DNA of 64,000 nucleotides from an uncultured Acidimicrobiia bacterium (GTDB taxonomy: Bacteria > Acidobacteriota > Terriglobia > Versatilivoradales > Versatilivoraceae), in assembly GCA_963786955.1 (NCBI GenBank), contig CAWBAT010000005.1, forward strand, positions 1,056,001 to 1,120,000, given 5' to 3'. Every line of letters starts with the position of its first letter. Positions within the stretch are counted from its first letter, which is position 1. This document shows, one piece after another, positions 1 to 7,926 of this stretch. Under the pieces are notes generated by a model. That model was not told the origin of the DNA and did no database searches. It worked only from the letters and a program-made list of their open reading frames with translations. Position numbers and translations under genes: made by a program.

Positions 1-833
1 CTTTTCGCCCGTGAGCAGAGGAATCCGGGAAGAGCGTCTGAGAGACATCCAGGCTTCTGAAAATGGCACATTCAGAGGGTCTTCGTAAAACAGCGGCTCC
101 AGCGGTTCAACGGCTCTGGCAACTGCTATCGCACTAGGCGTATCTAGTTCGTTGTGGCAGTGCACCGCAATATCAATGTCAGTACCCACTGCTTCCCGGA
201 GGTTCGAGTAGGCACGAAATACGGTGCGAACTTGAGCGGGAGTGAGCGTGGTGGCGTAGCGCGCCGCAGCAATTCCGATGTAAGAATCGAAACTGATCTT
301 ATAGGCGGTGAATCCTTCCGGAGCCGAGCGCACGCGTTGGGCCCATTCACGGCAAGAACCTTTATCTAACATGTCGACATTGACTACCATGTGAATAGAG
401 AGGAATCGACTCGCGGAACGGCCCTCCCAGTAAGACGCAAACCGGACGGTTGAGGATCTTACCCGCGAGGTCCCACAGCGCGATATCAATCCCGCTGATC
501 GTAGGGATATGAGCCATCCAGGCGTGCATGAGGGTCGTCAGGTTGTGGAAATGAACTTCAATCGCCAGGGGATCCTTCCCAATGAGATATTGTTTCATCA
601 CTTCAATTCTGGCTCTCGCCATGGGTCCATTGGTGCCCGCTTCTCCATAACCCGGAGATGCCTGCATCCGTGTCAATGCGAATGAGACAGTTGGAACGAC
701 TTAATTTCATGGCCCAGATATTGGTGATGCGAATCTTTCCCAGTTCGGGCTCCGCCAAAGTTTGAAATCGACTCAACCAGGCTCCCGCTGGAAGCAAAAC
801 TGCAAATCGTAAGAGTTCCCTCCGCGTCATCAT
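1..833 (-). pseudogene. Mandelate racemase/muconate-lactonizing (enolase superfamily) gene with Tat-like leader, broken by two +1 frameshifts; runs off left edge
   Basis: Three successive frames join into one enolase-family protein: MMTRRELLR...IRIDTDAGISG | YGEAG...SGIDIALWDLAGKILNRPV..LLGG | DMLDKGSCREWAQ...DIAVHCHNELD...FYEDPL...IPLLTGEK. Shifts lie near 652 and 385. Confidence 0.75.
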
Positions 834-924
834 TGTAATGCTCCTCCTCGCATGGCGTGCTCGTCCTCATTCTTTGTTCTGGTAATCAGTCTTGTGGGGA
901 ATGTCTGAGGCGCCAGAGATCGCC

Positions 925-1098
925 CTAAGAACCCGATTCTAATGTTGATTTCGCTCTGAAAAAGACGTTGCTCGCGGCCTATCCCAAAGTAGGAAGCGCC
1001 GTAATCGCAGCTAGGGCCAAGAGTATAAGCAATAAGGCATACTCCACAAGGTCTTGGCCTTCCTCGTAATGAATTAGTTTCTCGAGTAATCTTTTCAG
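925..1098 (-). pseudogene. Flp/Fap type IVb pilin remnant
   Basis: KRLLEKLIHYEEGQDLVEYALLLILLALAAITALPTLG*AASNVFFRAKSTL contains the Flp GQ..VEY motif and hydrophobic helix; in-frame TAG at 979-981 and CTG where ATG is expected. Confidence 0.7.
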
Positions 1099-1339
1099 GA
1101 CGTTTCTCTTCCCTCGAAAAACACTTTCGAAGAAAAGAGGTCCATTACAACACCTCTGCAAGCGTGTATGAGGTCATTTCAGAATCAATTGAAGTTCGGA
1201 TAACTCTGCCTAATTGGGCATATTCTACAGAAGAAAAACCTCTCAAAGCATACTCCTCTGTAGCAATTTCTTCGATTGGAAAATTGCATCCGGCCTCAAG
1301 GGTCTGATAGGGATCGAGTGGAATAATGGGGGAGAAATT

Positions 1340-1365
1340 TGGTACGCCCGGAAGGACTCGAACCT
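1340..1365 (-). repeat. att site: 26-bp duplicate of the tRNA-Arg 3' end
   Basis: tggtacgcccggaaggactcgaacct is identical to 13396-13421. Confidence 0.92.
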
Positions 1366-4300
1366 CAAGCGGCACCAATACATTGGATAACTGCCAGTTC
1401 GGTGTCTAACGCGGTTTTTTGTGCGTATTTTTGGAGCGCATGATAAGTCGAAGGGAGGAGCGGCACCCCTTCCCGCAAGTTCCCATCCCGCGCTCGCATT
1501 TCCGTCTCACCGGGGATCAGGATCTCCTCCACGTTTTCAGCCCGCTCTCCCGCCTTCGTTTGCTCAATCATATGGTCGACTCGCGTTGTGAATTCGGCTA
1601 TCGGCATGAACAGCTCCGGATCGATCGCCATGAAAAAGTGACCAATATCCGGTGGCTGCATCTTCTGTCGCGCGTGCTCTCGGCGATGGTCCCAGCCAAA
1701 GCCCGCTCCGGTCAACACGCCTGCCAGCACCTCCATGACAAGAGTGAGACCATACCCTTTGTGACCTCCAATGGGCACACCTAGACCGGCAGCCAGATCT
1801 GCCGGATCCGTCGAGGGATGCCCAAAGCGGTCGAGAATCCAGCCTGGAGGCAGCGGTTTCCCCTCGGCGAGTTGCAGGCCGATCTTTCCCCGCGGTGCAA
1901 CACTCATTGCAATATCAAGCAGAATCGGGTGGTAGCGTCTTGCGGGGATGCCCACGCCAAGCGGATTGTTCCCGAACGTCGGGGTGATACCGCCGGTGGG
2001 CGCCAGGATCGCCGGGCCGTTGGTGGTGCACAAGCCAATCAGCCCCTCCCGTGCGGCTAGCCAAGGGTAATGGCCGGCCGCACCGAGGTGATTGGAGCGA
2101 TGCACACCCACTATCCCCACACCCCTCTCACGTGCCATCCGGATCGCCAGCTTCATTGCCACGACAGCAACCCACTGCCCTGGACCGTTGTCTCCATCGA
2201 CGTGTGCGCTGACTTCCGAATTGCGCTCGATCCGAATATGGGGTCGGGGATTTATTATGCCGGAGGCAATCCGTCGGGCATAACGCGGAATAGCGACCAT
2301 ATTGTGCGTCGGTTGGCCGCGCAGGCTGGCCTCGAGCTGCACTTCGGTAACAATTGCCGCTCCTTCCGGCACCAGGCCAGCTCGCTCCAGTGCCTCGCGG
2401 CCATATGAGCGCAGGCTCTCTGCAGTGACACGGAGTGTGGGTTGGATCTCAACCGTCATCGCTGGGTCTCTCCGTTGGACCCGTTCTATAGCCACTCTAT
2501 GTTCAGCCAGGCCGGCAGAGGATAGAAAAGGATTTGCGACAGCCACTCGTGCCAGCTCTGAAATGGTCTGGTGCTGAAAAACCAGCTTGGGGCTGAGTTG
2601 CAGTCCAGCCTGATTCGCGCGGTTGACCATCTGGATGCTGAGGTTGGAATCCCCACCCATGTCGAAGAAGTTGTCGTCCAGGCTCACGCGATCCAGTCCT
2701 AAGACCTGTGCCCAGACCGACGTCAATACCTCCTCGGCAGGGGTATGTGCTGCGACGTGCCCCGCTTCCAGTTCCAGTAGTGCACCCCCCGGACTGAGGG
2801 AGCCGGCCCCGTCTCGGTTGTCCGCACTCGGGGCGATAGGTTCTTGGGGTAGAGTGTAGAGTCCCGCCCGGTCCACTTTCCCATTGGGCGTTCGCGGCAG
2901 TGCCACCAATTTCACGATCAGCGACGGTACCATGTACTCGGGGAGCTTCTGTTTCAGATACTCACGAAGCTCACGGGCCATGGGTTCCTGTTGGAACGGT
3001 CGCAAGTTTTCAGGAGGGCTCGCCTGAACACCTGAATTCAACACCACATACGCGACGAGGCGTTTCTCCCCCGTCGTGTCCCGTTGCGTCACCACTGCGC
3101 ATTCCCGCACCCCGGGATGCTGCCCCATGACCGCCTCGATCTCCCCCGGTTCGATGCGGTAACCGCGGAGCTTCATCTGATAGTCGACACGACCCGAGAA
3201 CTCGATGCCTCCGTCTGGCAAGTAGCGCGTCACATCCCCGGTCCGGTAAAGACGTTCCCCGGGAATGGGGCTGAACGGATCGGGCACGAATTTTTCCGCA
3301 GTCAGCTCGGGCTGGTTGAGATAGCCCCGCCCTACCCCGGCACCGCCGATATACAGCTCGCCCCAAACGCCGACGGGTACGGGTTGCCCTGAGGGGTCTA
3401 ACACGTACACTCGCGTATTGGGGATCGGACGACCTATCGGGACGACCTTCACGGATTCGCCATCGTGAGAAGGAATTGGATAGACGGTCACGATGCCGGC
3501 CGTCTCTGTCTGCCCGAACATGTTGATCAACCGGGCGCCATGCCCGAACGCTACGCCCCACTCCCTGGGCACATCCGAATATAGCGGTTCGCTAGCGGAC
3601 AGGATCAGCCGCAGTTCGTTCCTCAGCAGATCGGCTCGGGAATTGGGTTCCAAGGTTGCCAGCACCTGATTGCAGTTCCGCCAGTACGACGGAACAATGT
3701 CAATGATTGACACTCCCTGCTGCCGGATAACTTCGAATAGAGCTTGTGGATCCCGGATCTGCTCGCTCTTGGCAACAACGACAGTTGCACCGCATGAGAG
3801 CGGGACTGCGAACTGCCGGACAGAGGAAGAAAACGCAACGGACGCCGTATGGAGATAGCAATCGTCAGCCTTGATCTCTAATGCCGCGTGCATCGCGTGG
3901 ATATAATGGGACAGGTTAGCATGCGTGATCATGACACCCTTTGGCTTCCCCGTTGAACCAGAGGTATAGATCACGTACGCCAGGTTCGCCGCCGTTGCGC
4001 CACTCACTGGGTTCTGTTCACACTCTGTGGCACTGATTTCCGATTCGGATTCCAGGCACACCACCGCCGGGATGTTGGATTCTTGATTTTCGACTCTGAA
4101 TAGCTGCTGACCGGTGGCGCGATTCGAAATCCCCATTGCCGTACCCAAAATCGGAAGCAACCGCTCCTCCGTAACGAGGACAGGTAGCCGGGCATCTTCC
4201 TGCATAAAGGCGAGGCGCTCCGCCGGATACCCCGGGTCTAGGGGCACGTAAGCGCCTCCGGCCTTCATGACACCCAGCAGGGCGGCTATCATCCCCACGG

Positions 4301-4643
4301 ACCGAGTCAGGAAAATCCCCACCGGTGTCTCCGGCCTCACGCCCATTCTCTGCAGGCGCCAGGCCAATTGATTCGCTCGCCTGTTTAGCTCGCTATAAGT
4401 GAGCTGTTCCTCTCCACACCGCACCGCGGGGGCATCAGGGGTCTGCTGCACTTGCTCCTCGAAGAGGTGATGGAAACAGCGGTGGAAATACGGCAGTTCG
4501 GTTTGATTCCACGTCACCAACAGTTGGTGCCGTTCGGCGTCACTCAGCAGCGGCAACTCGGAGAGAGGGGAATTCGGGATTCGCCACAATTCCTTCCAGC
4601 AGAGTTTGGAAATTCCCGGCCATCCGTGCAATTCGGACCCCAT
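1365..4643 (-). CDS. NRPS-like protein, C-terminal part: A-T-Ldh_2 family (malate/L-lactate/ureidoglycolate/sulfolactate dehydrogenase-type) oxidoreductase
   Basis: YVIYTSGSTGKPKG, YRTGD and LPRTPNGKVDR (A domain); FFDMGGDS (PCP); then DGDNGPGQ, SNHLGAAG, GNNPLGVGIP, GGHKGYGL, ILIPGE (Ldh_2, approx. 1365-2440). Same frame as 4971-7886. Confidence 0.88.
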   Translation of the reverse strand: MGSELHGWPGISKLCWKELWRIPNSPLSELPLLSDAERHQLLVTWNQTELPYFHRCFHHLFEEQVQQTPDAPAVRCGEEQLTYSELNRRANQLAWRLQRMGVRPETPVGIFLTRSVGMIAALLGVMKAGGAYVPLDPGYPAERLAFMQEDARLPVLVTEERLLPILGTAMGISNRATGQQLFRVENQESNIPAVVCLESESEISATECEQNPVSGATAANLAYVIYTSGSTGKPKGVMITHANLSHYIHAMHAALEIKADDCYLHTASVAFSSSVRQFAVPLSCGATVVVAKSEQIRDPQALFEVIRQQGVSIIDIVPSYWRNCNQVLATLEPNSRADLLRNELRLILSASEPLYSDVPREWGVAFGHGARLINMFGQTETAGIVTVYPIPSHDGESVKVVPIGRPIPNTRVYVLDPSGQPVPVGVWGELYIGGAGVGRGYLNQPELTAEKFVPDPFSPIPGERLYRTGDVTRYLPDGGIEFSGRVDYQMKLRGYRIEPGEIEAVMGQHPGVRECAVVTQRDTTGEKRLVAYVVLNSGVQASPPENLRPFQQEPMARELREYLKQKLPEYMVPSLIVKLVALPRTPNGKVDRAGLYTLPQEPIAPSADNRDGAGSLSPGGALLELEAGHVAAHTPAEEVLTSVWAQVLGLDRVSLDDNFFDMGGDSNLSIQMVNRANQAGLQLSPKLVFQHQTISELARVAVANPFLSSAGLAEHRVAIERVQRRDPAMTVEIQPTLRVTAESLRSYGREALERAGLVPEGAAIVTEVQLEASLRGQPTHNMVAIPRYARRIASGIINPRPHIRIERNSEVSAHVDGDNGPGQWVAVVAMKLAIRMARERGVGIVGVHRSNHLGAAGHYPWLAAREGLIGLCTTNGPAILAPTGGITPTFGNNPLGVGIPARRYHPILLDIAMSVAPRGKIGLQLAEGKPLPPGWILDRFGHPSTDPADLAAGLGVPIGGHKGYGLTLVMEVLAGVLTGAGFGWDHRREHARQKMQPPDIGHFFMAIDPELFMPIAEFTTRVDHMIEQTKAGERAENVEEILIPGETEMRARDGNLREGVPLLPSTYHALQKYAQKTALDTELAVIQCIGAA

Positions 4644-4974
4644 CGAACAAGTCGGCGTTATACTGCCACGTCGCCATCAACCCCTGCTTGGTTTCCGATA
4701 GATACAGAGTCAAGTCGAACTTGGCTGTCCTACTATTCAACTCCATCGGGCTAACAGTCAGACCCAACAAAGGCTCGATAGAGGCTCCACCTGTTTCAGC
4801 CTCAAACCCGAGCCCGGGCGGTGCTGGGTGGCTATCAGTGTGAATCCTCCTGCCTGGAACGTTCTGAAAGGCAAACATTACTTGGAAAAGTGGATTGTGG
4901 CGATGATCTCGCGCTGGTTGCAGCTCCTCGATCAACATCTCAAATGGCAGGTCTTGATGCGCATATGCGTTCAT
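4540..4974 (-). CDS. Frameshifted C-terminal half of an NRPS condensation domain
   Basis: AYAHQDLPFEMLIEELQPARD..NPLFQVMF..AKFDLTL..YNADLFD is the typical C-domain tail, continuing the C domain of 4971-7886. Confidence 0.85.
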   Translation of the reverse strand: MNAYAHQDLPFEMLIEELQPARDHRHNPLFQVMFAFQNVPGRRIHTDSHPAPPGLGFEAETGGASIEPLLGLTVSPMELNSRTAKFDLTLYLSETKQGLMATWQYNADLFDGVRIARMAGNFQTLLEGIVANPEFPSLRVAAAE

Positions 4975-7886
4975 GGCCGTGCTCGCACCCGCCCCAGAAC
5001 CTCACAGAATGTCGGATTCCCCGACAGATTCGCGTGCATCACCAGCGTGTTGGCAAAGAAACCAATTAAGTCCTCCGTTTCGACGAGAGTCCGATTGGCG
5101 ATCGGTGTGCCCACCGCGAGATCATCTTGTCCCGTGTAGCGGTGCAGCAAGGTCTGGAATGCCGCCAGCAGTGTCATGTAGAGCGTGGCTCTCTCCCGTT
5201 GGCTCAACGCCTTCAACCCTTCGGTCAGCTGGGCGGATATCTCCATTTGGTAACTGGAGCCCCGGAATGACTGGTGGGCAGGACGAGGTCGGTCGGTAGG
5301 CAGATCGAGCACCGGGGGGATCTTTTCGAACTGCCTCTTCCAGTATGCAAGTTGGGTCTCCAGTGCCTTCCCCTGCAACCATTTTCGCTGCCAGACAGCG
5401 AAATCACGATACTGGATCTGCAGTTCCGGCAGCGGTGATGGTCGGCCCGCCGAAAACGCTGCGTAGAGCGTCTCCAATTCCCGATTAAGTACTCTCGTGG
5501 ACCAGCCATCGGAAACGATGTGGTGCATGGTCAGGAGCAGCATGTGCTCTTCTACATCCAACCGTAGGAGTGTGACACGAAAGAGCGGTCCGTGGAGCAG
5601 ATGGAATGGACGGACGATCTCTTCGGAGGCCAGACGCACGGCCTCAGCCTGGCGGTCGGATACGGGAAGCCTCGTCAGATTCACCACCGGCAGCCGCAGG
5701 GGTTGCACCGGGGAAATGACCTGGATAGGGTGCCCGCCGACAGTGCGGAAGGTGGTGCGGAGAGCTTCGTGGCGGCGAAGGATCTCGTTGATGCTCTGCT
5801 CCAGCACCTCCTCGCGGAGCCTCCCCGTGAGACGCAGTGCGATATGCATATTATAGGCGGGGTTCCCAGGCTCAATCTGGTCGAGCAACCACAGTCGCTG
5901 CTGTGCAAATGACAGCACGCAATGCTCAGTCGCACTCCCCCGCGGAATACTCGGGCTTTCTGTGCGTAGATAAGTCGTCTTTCCATCAGCCACCCGCATC
6001 AGTAGGTAACGGGTAACAAGCTCTGCCAGCTCCGCGACGGTTGGCCTTTCAAACAGGGTTTGCATGGGCAGCTCGACCTGGAAGTCACGGTGCAACCGCG
6101 AAAATACCTGGGCTGCCTTTAGCGAGTCGCCACCTGACTGGAAGAAATTGTCATGGATGCCGAGCTGATCAATACCCAACACGCTAGCCCAGATCTCTGA
6201 CAGTCGCTCTTCTATGGACGTGCGGGGTGCAGTGAAATCGGCCAGCTTCTTGCCTGGCGCCACCAGATCCAGTTTCTCTGCCAATCCCATGCGCTGCAGT
6301 TTGCCAGTTGGCCCCTTTGGGATTTCATCCATGATCACAATTTGCTGCGGCACCTTGAAATGGGCGAGGCGCGCCGAGGCAAACTGACGGATCTCCTTGA
6401 TCAGGGGTTCCGTTGCTCGGAGATTTAGGTGTTGGGATGAGTTCACCTGAACACCTGACCTGAGAACGATCGCGACCGCGACATCCTCACCAAGGGTGGC
6501 ATGAGGGACCGGGAACGTAACAGCTTGTGCGATCACCGGGTGATCCAGCAGTACTTCATCCACCTCTCGCGGCGAGATTTTCTCCCCTCCGCGGTTGATG
6601 ATCTCCTTGAGACGCCCGGTGATGAAAAGGTAACCCTCCGCATCCAGGTAACCCCTATCGCCCGTACGGAACCACCCCCGGACAAAAGCGCTGCTATTGG
6701 CTTCGGGGTTGTTTTCATAAGCCAGCATGACGTTTGTGCCACGGATTACGACCTCGCCGTTTTCCCCTGGCGGCAACAGATTGCCGATCTCATCCATAAT
6801 CGCGACGTCCGGCCCCGCGGCCAGACCCACCGAACCTGGCTTCCGCCTGCTCGGCGGCAGCTGGCTGCTTGCAATCTGTGGAGCAGCCTCGGTCATCCCG
6901 TACGCCTCGATGAAGGGGATATGAAACACGCGTTCCATCTCCGTCATCAACTTCCTCGGCATCGGCGCGGAGGCCGAGCGGATGAATCGCAGCGAAGAGC
7001 GCGCGCGGATGCCCGGATGGTGAATAGCGTTCTCCAGGATCTCCTGGTGAATCGTGGGTGCCGCCGTGTACCACGTAGGGCGAAACGCCTCCATCCATTC
7101 AAAGAACCGCGGAGCGGAAAAGCCATCCGTGCAAATGACGCTCGCACCCGCCGCAATCGAAGCAAAAATCGTGCTCAGGCCATGAATGTGAAATAACGGC
7201 ATCACATTCAGACAACGATCGCTGTCGACTAACTCGACTGCAGCGCGAATATTGTTAGCGGAGGCGCAGATGTTACGGTGTGTCAGGGGTACCAGCTTCG
7301 GTAGTGCAGCCGATCCGGAAGTGTGAAGCGCCAACGCGACATCCTCCGGCTGTGCGAACCCCGCCTTCATGTTTTCAAACCTTAGGATTTCCGAGTGTTC
7401 CGCCCTGGGCACTTGAACACCCTGCTTCAGCGTGAAGAGACCTGCCTCTTCTTCTTCCAATGGTGTCAGTTCAATGATCGGGATGCCACGAGCTCGGGCA
7501 ACAGCGACTGCTGGCGATGAGCTGCCCGATTGCACCAGCAGCGCCCGGGCGCGGAGATCTGCAAGATGGAAATCGAATTCGCCGGCACGGTAGGCAGGAT
7601 TGAGGGGTGCGCAAGTGGCGCCGGCAGCGATGGTGATAAACGCTACAGCCATCTCGGGACCTTCGGGAAGCACCAATGCCACACGGTCATTCCTCCCGAC
7701 GCCGAGCGAGTTGAGCGCCTCCACGACCGTCACCAGCTGGCGGCACAAACGGCCGTAAGTAAGAGGCCTGCGTCCCGGGGCGAGAATCGCTACGGCATCG
7801 GGGTTCCGTTCGGCCTGCTCTTGGACCAGTTGACGCAGACAATAGTGCCGGGTGTGATCCGTGAATTGGATAGGATCAGCATTCAT
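4971..7886 (-). CDS. NRPS-like protein, N-terminal part: acyl/oxalate-CoA-ligase-like A domain, T, C
   Basis: LHTSGS, VPLTHRN, PLFHIHGL, RSASA, EAYGMTEAA, RKPGSVG and INRGGEKISPRE resemble AAE3/Pcs60 oxalate-CoA ligases; FFQSGGDSL PCP; intact HHIVSDGWS C domain. Confidence 0.88.
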   Translation of the reverse strand: MNADPIQFTDHTRHYCLRQLVQEQAERNPDAVAILAPGRRPLTYGRLCRQLVTVVEALNSLGVGRNDRVALVLPEGPEMAVAFITIAAGATCAPLNPAYRAGEFDFHLADLRARALLVQSGSSSPAVAVARARGIPIIELTPLEEEEAGLFTLKQGVQVPRAEHSEILRFENMKAGFAQPEDVALALHTSGSAALPKLVPLTHRNICASANNIRAAVELVDSDRCLNVMPLFHIHGLSTIFASIAAGASVICTDGFSAPRFFEWMEAFRPTWYTAAPTIHQEILENAIHHPGIRARSSLRFIRSASAPMPRKLMTEMERVFHIPFIEAYGMTEAAPQIASSQLPPSRRKPGSVGLAAGPDVAIMDEIGNLLPPGENGEVVIRGTNVMLAYENNPEANSSAFVRGWFRTGDRGYLDAEGYLFITGRLKEIINRGGEKISPREVDEVLLDHPVIAQAVTFPVPHATLGEDVAVAIVLRSGVQVNSSQHLNLRATEPLIKEIRQFASARLAHFKVPQQIVIMDEIPKGPTGKLQRMGLAEKLDLVAPGKKLADFTAPRTSIEERLSEIWASVLGIDQLGIHDNFFQSGGDSLKAAQVFSRLHRDFQVELPMQTLFERPTVAELAELVTRYLLMRVADGKTTYLRTESPSIPRGSATEHCVLSFAQQRLWLLDQIEPGNPAYNMHIALRLTGRLREEVLEQSINEILRRHEALRTTFRTVGGHPIQVISPVQPLRLPVVNLTRLPVSDRQAEAVRLASEEIVRPFHLLHGPLFRVTLLRLDVEEHMLLLTMHHIVSDGWSTRVLNRELETLYAAFSAGRPSPLPELQIQYRDFAVWQRKWLQGKALETQLAYWKRQFEKIPPVLDLPTDRPRPAHQSFRGSSYQMEISAQLTEGLKALSQRERATLYMTLLAAFQTLLHRYTGQDDLAVGTPIANRTLVETEDLIGFFANTLVMHANLSGNPTFCEVLGRVRARP

Positions 7887-7926
7887 GGTTCGTTCTCTCG
7901 TTTGTACTGCTGAAGCGTTTCACAGA

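Noticed and set aside
1145-1378. 77-aa ORF crossing the att repeat
   Set aside because: Its N terminus is simply translated tRNA-derived sequence and it shows no recognisable motif; probably spurious.
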